A DNA stretch of 64,000 nt from Haliotis rubra. Its lineage: Eukaryota. The notes beneath the pieces are model-generated. The model did not search any database and had not been told where the DNA came from. It was given only the letters and a program-made list of their open reading frames with translations. The position numbers and the translations under genes were made by a program. The DNA is taken from assembly GCF_003918875.1 (NCBI RefSeq), contig NW_025767457.1:682001-746000 (forward strand), given 5' to 3'. Each line of letters opens with the position of its first letter. Position 1 is the first letter of the stretch. This document shows positions 50,567 to 64,000 of this stretch, piece by piece.

Positions 50567-51425
50567 TACTATTCAAAAACGGAAACGCATAACCCAGAAA
50601 TCTGTTGCGAAAATGTTGTATTTTCAAACATGTATATCTCGTCCACAATTAGACTTTAGTACATGAATTTTTACATCAGTTTAGAAGAAGGATATATCTA
50701 GACAACCAAGTGTATAATTTTAGATAGTTGAGCGCGATGGTGACGACGTAGCACGGGGCCCGACGTCGGGTCTCCTGGCTCTCAGTCCAATCTCCCTCAA
50801 TCTGTTCCGTACAGTTTGACCGGATATCCTCCGAAGTCCAGGCACCCTGGCTGCTGTGCTCTCACCCGTGACAGTACGATCACGCAAATGTAGTACCCGG
50901 ATGTACCGATCGTGGGCTGCAGTGGTCACTCGAGCTCTGCCTGTACGGGGAGGGTCATTTGTCATACCCGTTTTGTTGTAGCGAGCTTCAGGCTGTGCTA
51001 TCGTGCTCAGACTAACATTTAGACGCCTGGCAACAGAAGATTGGTAATCTCCAGCGTGCATTCTTTCAATGGCGATGTTCAGTGTGGCAGCGTCAAGACG
51101 TGGTGTAGTAATTTGACCTTGAAACTGCTTCAAAACGAATGCCGATTTCCAAAAGTAATCAGACTTTTTATAGCCAGACAATGCATGCTCTTTGCTGCAC
51201 AATTTCATCTGAATGTGATTTCTGTTGCCTTGTGGCGATGCATGTTTTAATCCTTGTAAGAAATCTCATCAAAGTCAACATTTTCAGTCGAGTTTCTGCT
51301 TGTGCAATTGCGAAAAATCATGTTATCAACACCTTTGTTACATATTTTGACGATTGTTTGACGACAATATGTAATTAATAGTTTTAAAAATACAAAACGC
51401 CTATGCTTTCCGTTTTGGGATAATA
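50567..51425 (-). mobile_element. Internally deleted Tc1-like element retaining only the N-terminal HTH DNA-binding region
   Basis: ORF 50720-51208 (PRLDAAT...VARRLNVS...PRTGRARVTT...ISGQTVRNRLREIGLRARRP). TIRs tactattcaaaaacggaaacgcata / tatgctttccgttttgggataata. No DDE domain. Confidence 0.88.
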
Positions 51426-52020
51426 TATAAACTTATGCTGAATATTGGGCCTAGAAGACGAGAACTGTACCATTCTGCATAGCCCTGTGAAATTTTCCAT
51501 ATCTTGGATGATGTTTATTAAGCATAGTTCATTTGCGTTTCCGATATATTTGCTAAAAACGATATGATCAAAACATCTGCCATCGTAATAACGTGGTATC
51601 GCGTTAATTAAGGATTTTAATCTTATGACGTTCAGTGTACATTTCTCATTGTCAAGGCAACTAATGAGACTTAATTTTTATCAATGTCATAATACTCAAC
51701 CATTTGTGTGTGTGTATGTATGTGTGTGTGTGTTTGTGTATGTGACATACTGATACCTATGATGTAATCGGATATTGTGGGTGGAAACTGCTTATAGCAA
51801 AGGTTTTAATGACCATGGAAAAACTTTTATTGCTCCATTTAACACACTTATCTATCACCTCAAAAATTACTATTTACGTAATAAGAGTAATTGTTCATAA
51901 TGTTGACAGCGCATAAATGAGTAATGTTTAATCGTGATTATTAGTAACTCAGGTATTAAACAAAGAATGTATATACCTTTTATGACATGTAATGCCCTGT
52001 CGTCATTTTGAATACAAATA

Positions 52021-52270
52021 ACCCGTGAAGATCCGGGTTAGAATATTGATCTTCAGTAACCCATGCTTGTCGTAAGAGGCGACTAACGGGATCGGGTGGT
52101 CAGGATCGCTGAACTGGTTGACACATGTCATCGGTTCCCAATTGCGCAGATCGATGCTCCTGCTGTTGTTCACTGGATTGTGTGGTGCGGACTCGATTAT
52201 TTACAGACCGCCGCCATATAGCTTATATATTGCTGAGTGCGGCGTAAAACTAAACTCACTCACTTAATTC
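52021..52270 (+). mobile_element. GACCCGTGAAG-family SINE, full length
   Basis: TSD aatacaaata 52011-52020 / 52271-52280. Confidence 0.9.
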
Positions 52271-53745
52271 AATACAAATATTTTGTTAAAGGGCTTCCGA
52301 TACTTTAACACAAAACAATACGAACAGACATCCGTCATGTCCCTGCGTGGAGGAAGTACACCGTTTCTTATTAGGCTGTCACAAACGAGGAAAGGTTACA
52401 GTTTAGCAACCATAAAAAGACTCGTATCGAATGTATAACACAATGGAAGATCAAGTTTCAGTATGATGTCCACGTGCGTCTTGACAAATGGGCTGAAAAC
52501 GAGTCTTCAAATGTAGGCAGAACATCATAAATAACAGCTGCGTAGGCAGACGGTGTAAAACGCTTCTTTTATATTAAGTAAGGATATAGCACAGCTATTG
52601 TGTGCGAGAGTATGTTCTTTATTTAGCCTGACTCAAGGAAATGAATTTGTGGAAATTACGGTCTAATATCTAGGCCAATTGGAAAAGTCACATTGTCGTT
52701 TTCAATAAATATTTGAAGTATATAATTAAGTATACTCCGACTATGAATCTCTAAATATAAAACACCACCAGAATATATTAACCAGTCTCGAATATCAGTC
52801 GAAACAGATTCCATTCGTTGTAAAAGGTCAAATAGCGAAGAACATGAAATGAAGGGGGACTGAACCAGATAGTTTACTTTTGAATGGACGATTACTGTTT
52901 GCCTCCTGACTGACAGTGCACCTCTTGCCATGTCATGAAATATTTTCAGTACTATCGTTTGTTACATCAGTTCAGAAAACTGTACTTCACATACCACAAT
53001 GGAATGTAAACCCAATGTGCTTGGCGCCAACGAAGAACGTGAACATTGACCCCTTAGCTTCTGTGATACTGTGTGTTTTGCTTGTCCATTCCAGTAAGCA
53101 AGGATACCATTGCTTGTTTGGACCATACTGTTTTAAATCGACGTTGGATTTAAGTAGTGCTTAATTACTTCTCATGAGTATACTAGTACACTAGTTGTAA
53201 GAGAACCAACATACCCATGCCACAACTTTCAAAACCTGAGTCACGTTGGTGTTTCGTCCAACTTTAACTGACGTGCCGGGGTTTCTGTTTGACACTGGTC
53301 GAATTAATGGACGCGAAACTGCAGGGATTCATCTACACATTGTTGTCAAGAGACTCACAAATAAGGCAATGATTAACACGGAGATACAAGGTAGACAAAA
53401 AATAACGTATTCCCAGCAATGTGCACGACGCCCGATACATACAGATCCTATTAAGTCTGTGATATCTGCGGCATTACAGTTTTCTTATTGGGAAGCACAC
53501 GCGAATGTTCGGAGCACTTTTCGTAAATAGTACCACAATTTCGTCCACACTGTAAGACCCAATCATGTCTAACTGAATGGACTGAAAGAGTGGAATGCAT
53601 GGCGTTTCGTATCGTCTGTATATCTATTTTCATTTATATTCCATTTATTCACATGGATAAATGTTTTTATAATATACGAAAAAAACTTTCTTAAACTGTC
53701 TCTTGCCATAAAATGCGTAGCTACAGGTAAACACATATTCAAATA

Positions 53746-55003
53746 TAGTATGACCAGAAATTATTAAGAATTTTAGGAATATGTTCATTTGGATTTCTAG
53801 TATAAACAACCTTGACCAGCTATCAAGTGCTTGGTTCCATTCAAGAGAGACAACTCCGTTAATCCTTTTTCATTAGTTTGTGAAGAGTTATCCCCCTTTG
53901 TTTACTTGCTAGCAGACGACAATTTCAGTGATCCTCAGTATGGATGATTTAGAGAAGAGGAAGTTGATTTTAGAGTATTATAACAAGGACATCAGATCAG
54001 CTAAAGTGATTTCAAGTAGAAGAGGCATCCCTTTGTTCACTGTTTATCGTGTTTTGAAAAATGTTGCAAATGAATATGGCATTGAGCACCAGGGAGGCGC
54101 AGGTGACCCAGAAAATTGACTGTCGGTGACAGGAGGCGGCTTGGTATTCTTGTTTCTAAAAACAAACGAAGGAGCTTAGTAAACTTAAGGCTGGATATGA
54201 TTGATAGAGGAACTGTGGCTGTCTTTAAGGAGACAATTAGAACTGAGGTGCATGCTGGCAGAAAAGTCGAGGAATTCCATCACCGATCATGAAACCTGAA
54301 CAAAAGGAGCGAAGGTTGAACTGGTGCTTACAGCATAGACATTTTAACTGGGACAATGTGATTTTCTCGGATGAAAGGTCTGTGTGGCTGTTTCCTAATA
54401 CATTGAAATTCTGGACCAAACAAACTGAAAAACCCTTGTATCAGCGCCCAAAGTACAGTCCGAAATTTAACGTGTGGGGTGTTTTGAAGGGAATATGAAC
54501 AGTGAGCGGTACACGGATATACTCGAGGGACATTTACTTCCATCTGCTCACGTGTTCTATGGAAATGTTTTGAATTTTCCAGCAGGACAACGACCCAAAA
54601 CATCGTTCAAAGCATTCACAGGCCTGGTTTCGGACCCAAAATATGACATTATTAGATTGGCCAAGCTATAGCCCTGACCTAAATCCAATAGAAAATGTTT
54701 GGGGGCTTATGAACGAAAATGTCAATTAGAAAAATCTGACAAATATTGCTGAAATGAAAGAAGAGGTGGTCCGATATTGGGACAGCATGGACCACGACTT
54801 TCTAACTTCTTTGATCAGTAGTATGCCCCGCCGCATTGAAGCCTGCATTGCTGCCCATGGTGACTTGACAAAATACTTACTGTTCACCTGTCTTTGAATC
54901 TGGAGTTATGTTCTGCTAATATTCACATTTAATACGTGAGTAAAGAGTGAAAAAATTAAAAAATTTACAATCTTTAAATTCTCAATAAATTCTGGTTGTA
55001 CTG
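53746..55003 (+). mobile_element. Tc1/mariner (DD34E) DNA transposon, full length, frameshifted transposase
   Basis: TIRs tagtatgaccagaaattattaagaattt / aaattctcaataaattctggttgtactg, TA flanks. Motifs WDNVIFSDE, FNVWG, FQQDNDPKH, WPSYSPDLNPIENVWG. ATG at 53940. Confidence 0.93.
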
Positions 55004-55099
55004 TACTAGCAATATCGTCAGGCATATTCGCTGACATTGTATGTAGAGATTATGTAACACAAACAGCATTTTACGATGTATCACGATGAATCCTGACAT

Positions 55100-55720
55100 C
55101 AGCGGGTATTTCTTCGCCTCCATTTTCTTTTACTAACGATCATGTTGTATGTTCCTATACCTCGAACGTTATGTCATTTTTTTTTATCAAAACGCATCAA
55201 AATGGTCAACCGAAACCTGAAAATACAAACAAGTAACACCACATGAGAATCCATGGATCGAAAACAGCATCTTTTGGTGATTGGGACCACGAGAACAGCA
55301 GTCGGCCAGTTAGTGGTGCTGTTTCGTCACGACGACATCGTCAGGAGCGGCAACTATACTGATTATGACCTAATCTGAGATTCGGAGTTGGTTGCTTCAG
55401 CGACAGGTGAATTAGGGGTAAAACAAAGCTAACAATGTCCACATGGACGCTTTGCTACCCTCAACGTTTTGCATACTGGTGTGGGCGACATTCTCGCACA
55501 TCAATCCAAACATGGTTTATTTAACAAACATGCGAGTTGACGGCAAAACGCTATTATCATAAAATCTCACAGCCGCACATTGTTTTCTGAACCACGCTGA
55601 CGTCATCGCTTGGTACGACAATGCTAAACCACTTGTAACTCGTGTTCAAGCAGCATTCTGTCGGATCCACAATGTTGACCTCGATACTCCTGGTCTCTGA
55701 GCCACAGTATACTGACTAAC
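55100..55720 (+). mobile_element. Highly degraded Tc1-like transposase remnant
   Basis: Colinear relics RPVSGAVSSRRHRQER, FSD, ILVWATFS, YDNAKPLVTRV...HNVD. Confidence 0.55.
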
Positions 55721-56599
55721 AACCTACCTGTTTTCCCCCTTTCTGACACGCGCAGGACAGGATCACAAAATGTCATATCATTAAGCGTCTCTCAATGACG
55801 CAGTAATTGTTCGGACTATCGACCTTCCGCTCTTCCACTACACCACGGAGAATATCGTGTCAGGCAGATTTTGACGCCAATGACGGTAGGTAACATCTCT
55901 TAACAGTTTCGTTTGCTGTCGAATGTGTTGATGTTTGACAAGCATCCACTGTTGTCCTGCTTTTATATCACATTTTAGATGTAAGTGTGTGTTACTTCTT
56001 CACATCAACCACATGTTTATTCTGTTTTCTGAGGAGCACGGTACATCATGGGAGAGGCATGTATGTTTAAACTGCTTTATGTCAAATAATCAGCAGTGTC
56101 AAGGATCTATGTCAAGGAACTGTAAAAACATGGCTCATCACATCATTTCCGATTCTTCAGGTACAGAAAACATGACTGTGTGAACAAACAAAAGATAATC
56201 ATGTATAATATTGTGATCTTCTTTGTTATACTAGTTTTAGCAGCGATGCATCTTGTACGATTGTACTCACAAGACTCAAAATGTCTGCATAATACCTGAA
56301 TAGAGTTAATTTGAGGAAGCAATTATCTCACCTGACTAAGTTCACTTTCATCTTGCTCAATGGCGTGAATTCATTCAGTGGTTAAACTGTTCGCTTGTCA
56401 CGACGAGGATTTGGAACAGACATTAAACATTAAATATAACGTGTGAAGGACATTTGCGCTTATAAATGATAAATATCCTTTTACAATAAGTTATATTTCG
56501 GAGAAATCCTGCTCAATGCAAGCCACAGCCCGTACATTCCATACGCTTCAGTCATTTATATGTTTGGATAACTCTTCAGGTCATAATAACATCGTCACA

Positions 56600-57430
56600 A
56601 GCAGAGAACAAGAACGAGTAAAATTGGTACACCTCAGCCGTCTACTGCGGAAAGGTTGCAGACAGTAAGTATGAGCAACGCTGGATTGTCAGTGAGACTA
56701 CTTTCCAGTCAGGTTGGCCAGCTTCCGACTACTGGTAGGTTGATAAGAAACATTCACCGCCTGACCACATAACGTGAAGGACATGCAACCGTGGGGCGTC
56801 TGTATGCGACGATGCTGCCCTGATGGAACCGATACCCCGCCATCCATTAATACTACAAGTACGGTATTGAAAAGGACGCAACCAATCTCACAGAAACGTA
56901 GGAAATCAACTGAAAACAGAAGTATATCGTGCAAGTGGACATATCATACGACCTCAGCAAACAGCTGATTGTGGGGCTGCTCATTTTGTTTGGTGGTGAC
57001 TCGCCACGTCACTGAGGAAGGTGCACTTGTGCAACGCGAGTAAGTGGCACATGACAGAGCTCCCGTATAGGGGCTCTAAATAGGAAGATATCATACAAAG
57101 AACTCAGTCCAGATGACCATGTTGGGAACATTTTAGGGCGTCGTTTACGTCAGAGACTTTCCTCCGGGAGTTGAACAGACTACCTCTGAGACAGATTCAG
57201 CGCCTAATACATCTGAAAGGTCTGAAAGTTTAATGATATTTCCAGGACTGCATTTGAATAGCGTTTACTGTTGCTTTTTCGTGGTATCCTCCATAGTCAA
57301 TGTACGTTATGCCTCATTTTATGTCCTCTTTTCAAATCATTAAATTGTCACCGAGTTATATATTTGTTGTTTCTTTTTTCAATATAATGCCTGATGCACA
57401 ATTAATTCACTTAAACATCAGTCACAAACC
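56600..57430 (+). mobile_element. Highly degraded Tc1-like transposase remnant
   Basis: Relics STAERLQTVSMSNAGLSVR, NVKDMQ, NQLKTEVYRA, HVGNILGRRLRQR, LPLRQIQRLI. Confidence 0.6.
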
Positions 57431-57709
57431 TGTATTTGCAATTGCAATAAAGTACGGCCATATGTTACTACTCTTCTGAAAGGTGTTGCGATACTTTCTT
57501 TCTTGTGTATACGCTCTCCTTATTTTGCCTTTTACTTCTATGGAATCTGGTTTCTCATCTATTGGAGACGAATAAATCTATGGTGTTTGACTTTTAGAAT
57601 TTTAAAGAAGTCGTAAATGTGTCAATACACAATACATCACAATTTCAAATGTCATGTAACATCGATAATGCAACATTACTCGTTTTTCGAGACCGAATGG
57701 TTCTTAAAT

Positions 57710-58852
57710 GGGAGTCATATCTACCTTTCTCTCGGACATAAAATCGAAACATAACATAGTATTTCCGACATGACAATGAGAAGGCAAGTTAAACAAGGAG
57801 AATAAGTGCGTGTTGGTCGCGAATATGTTCGAGGATACAATTAATACAAATTCCACAGACAATATGTTGGAGTAAGTGTGCCATCTCGTCAACATGCCTC
57901 ACACGGACAAACGGTGATTTATTGGTGTTAACGAATGGCGTCGGTATGGGCGATGTCTGAACGTTATCAGAAAGCTGCATGCAGTGCAGTTGTTTTCAAT
58001 AGAATGGCAAATCACCAAGGAAATGTAGATAAAGGTAACCCGCGGATCATGGCTCCCTCTTATCTATGTGTGTTATCTAATTTCCTCCATCCTCGATGGC
58101 CACAATGTATCCCCAAACCTCACAATCAATAACAATTAAAGCTGAAGAACTCCTTCCAGCATGGATCCTGAGTTAGGGAATAAGAGGTTTCACGCAACAG
58201 CGTCGATTAATTAATCCCTTAGAAAGGTGCTGACCAACTTGAAATTGGTCTTGGATGTCAAAGAGGCAAGGCTTCATATTTGTCAATATCTCTTCCAAAT
58301 TATCTTCTTTACCGTAAATAAAATCTTGAAGTCGATATTGTTACATCGTTGCCCCTATGGACGTTATTAATATCTCCAACGCATTCAAAAACAGCACCTC
58401 AAGTTACATGCCTTGTGGGCAATGTCTTTTAAAGGAGGTATCACTTTCAATGCGTTACTAATATCAGGGACTCAGGTTACATCAAACTATCAGACAGGTG
58501 TGATCATTAGAGATGACCTTCCTGAATCTAAGACCGGGTCAATCCAATGTTAATACATGGCTGTTCCTGCTACAACTGGTCATTGGGACCCCTTTGTCTG
58601 GATATGTCCCGCTAGTATCGCGTAGTTGCCAACCAACACTCGTTACATTGCTCCCGTTCCTTAATTGCGTTCGAACTGTGCAGTTTAAAGGTGAAGCTGT
58701 GGTGCAGTCTTGTCTATAAATTTCTATGAACAACATTTCTAGTCAACGCCAGTAATCTGTTCTAATATTCAGCCTTTCACAAAATAGTGTACCAATGAGG
58801 GTCCGACTGATTGAAATTAAGTTTGTACTCACCGACAACAATAGGTATCTTT
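57710..58852 (-). repeat. Inverted third copy of block D
   Basis: Reverse complement of 23080-24130 and 60770-61975. Confidence 0.9.
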
Positions 58853-58964
58853 GTATAATTGCCTAGACCAACACCCGTTCCTCACTCCCTCCCAAGCCGC
58901 GTTGAGAGGGGGCGAGTGTAATGTTGATCCACCCCTACGAATATAGGTTTCTGGCATGGTTAAA

Positions 58965-61900
58965 GTCTCTGTACACCGAAATGCGAAGCTTTAGCTGATC
59001 GGCCACTTGTGCCCCTGTTAGAGAGTACAGCTGTTGACTCATCTACTGATTGGCGTACCTCATGAAAGGTTGGTAACTAATGCCCCTAGGTTCTCTTCAG
59101 CGCCACATGACATTCTACCATTTCGTCAAAACCTGCGCCTAATGAAAGCTGGCAAGATGGCTATAAAGATTATAAGACCGGTGAAAGTATTTAACTCGTC
59201 CAATTATCGCCTGATGACATACTCATAGTACTATATTCAGATTCCATAGCAAAACGTTTACGTGTACGCAACAAGACAAGGGAACGGTAATTTGCGTCCA
59301 TTTGCACAATTCAATCTTAACGTCCTGATGTACTTTAAACAAAGGCTTATACTATCGCTAAGAAAGCTTTGTGCAAGTGGATCCTGCATGATGGCATGCA
59401 CCTGTTGGTGAATGAACTGATATGAGGAACCCAGCAACTTCAGCCCGACACTACACAAAATTATTACAATGCATTAACTAGCTATCACATACAAGCTCAC
59501 ATGAATTGGAGCCAGTGGATTGTTGAATTTTATGCAGTGATCAATGATCGTTTGAAACTGTCATTAAAAAAGTTTCCACTGTAGATCTGCACACCTTAAC
59601 TGCCTTAGGATCAGCTGAAATAGGTTTGAATCTGATATTAACAGACGTTGGTCTATTACCAGCATATCCTTTCTTTGTCATCTTAAAAAAGTGATCGATC
59701 TACTTCTCTTTGGCATCTGCTGCACAGGTATTCGCAAATTCGATGATGTATTGCTTAAAGCCGTAAAATGAGTACAGGTTGAAGACTGCTGTCAGATAGA
59801 GTAAATTAAATAGCAGAGATTATTTTCGGATAAATTATGCCTATATACCATTGCTAAGGTTAAACAGCGACCAAGTTTGTCCACGTAATCGTACACCAGG
59901 TGTGGTGCTCATCATATCAAGCACTAGCTTGCCTAGCGTAGACACAATTGTTAACATTTTCTCAACCGTCGTGATATAGTTAGAATACACCTGACTGTCG
60001 TAAAACAAGAAACAAAAGAGGCAATATCCTTAATTTAGGTTTGTTTTTTGGTATTGGTATAGAACTGTTACTGCAATGAAATAGGTAATTTAAATTAGTT
60101 GCACCTGCAATGCAGCTACAGTCGGTGTTTCAATAGTATGGTTTGAGGTGGTATAATAATAATGATAATATCAGCGTATGAGAGAGACCGAAAGGTCAAA
60201 CAAAAGAGACTGCTAATCGTTCAACACGTGTATGTATTTAAGTAATGGCAAGTCCAGAATAGGAACCATATTGAAAAAAGTTTGTTTGCAATATATTTTA
60301 AAGTTGCCTTTCGCTCTATATTTACATGACACATTAACCAGTTCTTTACATGACAGTTGGAGTTAAAGATTATCTTAGATATTTTTTTTAAAAAGAGCCA
60401 ACGCAATGCATAACTATTTCCCGGTTAGAGGGAAAAAAAGCAAGGAATGAGGTTCATGTTCAAGACGTCTGAGTCAATGGAGGTAAGCAGGTGCACCAGG
60501 GAACGATTGGACGTGACCTTCAGCCAGCATCCTAGTCAGTAACATTAACACAACAAACACATGAATGTAATTTTCATCTAAGAGTAGAGTACATTGCTTC
60601 CTTTTAAAGTCACTTCCAGTACACGGAAAAGAGACATTTGTGAGGGCTACATTGAGTGTAAAACCACCAATTTGACGGTTATCAGCATTCCAATTCCCGA
60701 TGGGTAAAGATCTATTGGGTACCGTTGGTCATACCTCTTCGCAGACATAATTCATTAAAGAAAGCATCCATAAAAAGTACTCAGTGAAAACTAAATAATC
60801 AATCAGTCGGACCCTCATGGGTACACTGTTTTCTGCAAGGCTGAATGTTAGAACAGATTACTGGCGTGGACTGGAATTGTTTTTCGTACAAAGTTATAGA
60901 CAGGGTGCACCACAGCTTCACCTTTAAACTGCACAGTTAGGACGCAGTTAACTAAAGGAGCAATGTAACGAGTGTTGATTGGCCACGTCGCGATACCATC
61001 GGGACATTTCCAGACAAAATGTTCCCAGTGACCAGTTGTAGCAGGAAGAGCCACGGATACTTATTAACATTGGATAGGTCCAGTCTGAGAATCAGGAAGG
61101 TCATGTCTAATGAGCACACCTGTCTGCTTGATATATCCTTTGTCCCTAATGCTAGTAACTCATAGAAAGTGATACCTCCTTTGAAAGACATTGCCCATGG
61201 AAGTTGAGGTGCTGATGAGAATGCGTTGGAGGTATCAATCACGTCCATTGGGGCAACGATCTAAAAATATCGACTTCAAGATTTTATTTACGGTAAAGAA
61301 GATAATTTGGAGGAGATATTGACAAAAATGAAGCGATACTTGCCTCTTTAAGATCCATAACCAATCTCAAAATGGTCAGCACCTTTCTTGGGGATTAATT
61401 AATCGACATTGTTGCGTGCAATCTCCTCTGTCCTAACTCTAGATCCCTGCTGGAAGGGGTTCTTCAGCTTTAATTGTTATTGATTGTGAGGTTTGGGGAT
61501 ACACATGTACATTGTGGCCATCGAGGATGGAGGGAAGTAGATAACACACATAGATAAGAGGGAGCCATGATCCACGGGTTACCAATATCTACATTTCCTT
61601 GCCGGTTCCTAGTCTGGTGATTTGTCACTCTTTATTGAAACCTTCCACGCTAGTTTTAATTCATTGTGATATTCGCCCTTCGTAGTTTTGTAATTACACT
61701 ATAAAGCTCGCTCATTTGCAGACACCATTCCTAAACACCTCTATTGATAACTTAAAGCTCGTCCTTCAAACACCGTTTGTTTGCCCTGTCTGAGGCATGT
61801 TGACGGGATGGTACATTTATTCCAACATATATCTGTTGGATTTGTATTAATTGCATCCCCGAACATATATGCAACCAAAACGCACTTGTTCTCCTTGCCT

Positions 61901-61975
61901 CCTCATGGTGATCTCGCAAATGCTTTATTATGACCGATATTATGTCCGTGAGAAGGGCAGATATAACTCTCATTA
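58965..61975 (+). repeat. Duplicated block C'+D'
   Basis: Colinear with 20180-24150. Confidence 0.9.
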
Positions 61976-62566
61976 TAGCATAGCAAGAACCATATGGTCT
62001 AGAAACATCACACAGACATGTTGTGTTATCGTTGTATTTTGTAGTTTATGAACCACTGGTAAAACTACAGAAGCTCGTCTGCCTGGAATGCCGAAGGATA
62101 TATTATTCATTCTCGTATACAGCTATCTCCCCGCTTGAAACGTTTTTGAGAAACTGATTTTGTGTTATTGCTGCCATAAACAATTGTAATGTAATACGGG
62201 GTAATGAAACCGGGTCAACGACATGACGGGCGAACACTTGGACCACCAGGCTACCCCAGGCACCTAATACTACAATGGAAGAAGACAATTTATGCATAGA
62301 TTTAGTAGGCAACAGTCACGTTTTGACACACGTTTAAACCAAAATAAATTTTACATTGCTCACTCTCAAACACTGTTAAATATGATGGATAACCATCACA
62401 TACTTCATGGGGCAGTATTGTTCTGTTCTCAAAGAATAACCACTGATTGGTCGAACAAGAAAAAATATGTTTTCCAGATGGCACAAATAGCGTTTCAGGT
62501 GTCACCGTTTTATGTATAAGCACGTTTTCTGTTGTATTGATGCTACTGGTGTTTTTGGTTCTGTTA

Positions 62567-62569
<3 letters not shown>

Positions 62570-62598
<29 letters not shown>
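62570..62598. repeat. (TG)n microsatellite
   Basis: Directly visible. Confidence 0.95.
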
Positions 62599-62600
<2 letters not shown>

Positions 62601-64000
62601 TTTGAGGCTTTGATATTAGGCTGTATTTAAAGGAGGCGTTGTGTCTCGTAAAAATACATCATGACATCACAATCGATTCCTGACTTCTTAAAGGTTAGCA
62701 GCTCGAAAAGCAACTGCTCTTTTATGGAACTGCAACGATTTTAAGACCAGCCCGTACGAGAAGTCATTTGTACACAATATGTTTATTTCTCAGAAAATCG
62801 ATATGATGAGGCATTTGTTTTGCTTTAGTAAAATATATGCCAGTGAAGGTGTTATAAGTAAAAAGTAAATGTCATCATGATCACGTCTAATATATCGTAG
62901 CTAACACTGCAGTGTAAATGTTCAAAAACAACGTAATGCATATAGAGGATATATTTTATTTTCAGCTTTCTATATGTCGTACATCTGTGAATGTAATTTT
63001 CAACTTTCCATCAAAGAGACGATTCTTCCCGAAACGACAAAAAGTAAAATGGATTCCACATTGCTCATGTTTAGATGAATGCCATGGAGTTCATTTATCA
63101 CCGGTCTTCTCCGAAAGGCATCAGGGATCAGATCAGAAGGTGCCTAGGCATGCAGTTACTATGAAGGAAGATATAATTTGAGGATTTTCATTGATACACA
63201 ATGTTGTAATTGTACTAAAATGTTTCTGGTCTGATTCAGTAGAGGTGGTGACGGAGAGTCAAGAATAATTTGGAAGCTTTGTAGAACATTGAGATTAATC
63301 CAGCATATGATAGAACCGTCCAGAAAATATTAAGATTATATAACTGAGGAAGCACATGCATATCGTATCTCATATTACATCAAAACCGGCACAACGAGAC
63401 CAGCACCTTTCACTCACTCTGGATTGTCAATCAGGTTCTATGTTGGAAGCTTGAATGATGAAAATGATCACAGCTGCTTTTATATCATTTTGCCACTGTA
63501 TTTGTACAGCGATTGAAGTCCTTCGTAAGTCTGATGTTAGATGTATGCTGAGTTTCTATTGATTGTTTTTTCCTCAGTGGATCGTTGCTGTTATTTCCTA
63601 TCCAAAGCTGGATTGATAAAATGTTTTCAAATTGCTGTGGAAAGGTGTCGTTAACATCTCATGTGTTGATAGTCTTTGTAGAGTTAGACAGCAGAACCAA
63701 ACACGTCATCTATTTCCGTGTGAGACCAATACGATTCATGTTGATTCAAAGGTTGTAATTCGAATGTGACATGGTTATAATTATGTGGTGGTACCATCTA
63801 AACTACAGACTAAAATGTAGTCACGAATAGGTGAATGCCATGAAGTTCACTTACCACCGTTCTTCTCCGGAAGGCATCACGGATGAGGTATGCAGTTACG
63901 TTAACAGGAAATATAATTTGAGGGTTTTCATTGAAACACAATGTTGTCATTGTACTAAAATGTTTCTGATCAGATTCAGTAGGGGGTGGTGACCGAGAGT

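Overview
AT-rich animal genomic DNA. The SINE repertoire suggests a gastropod mollusc, possibly abalone (inference). No intact cellular gene was recognised. The window is a repeat-dense, segmentally duplicated region. (1) Two full-length but frameshifted I-group/Nimb-like non-LTR retrotransposons (ORF1 with CCHC knuckles, APE, RT, RNase H) lie on the minus strand at 6981-12780 and 24341-29706, both with TSDs. (2) At least four SINE-type families are present; three share the LINE 3' tail. (3) Tc1/mariner remnants cluster at 50.5-57.4 kb, and there is a MULE fragment plus several MITE/foldback elements. (4) An old ~12-13 kb direct duplication (1710-19680 vs 29935-43262) and further direct and inverted duplications carry degenerate coding-like blocks. 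The main result is a compact HDV-like self-cleaving ribozyme fold (29706->29648, minus strand) whose G1 is exactly the 5' nucleotide of the second LINE. It is followed by a pseudoknot module that recurs, with compensatory changes, as the precise 5' end of an abundant tRNA-less SINE-like family. All alignments, folds and identity figures were made by eye.
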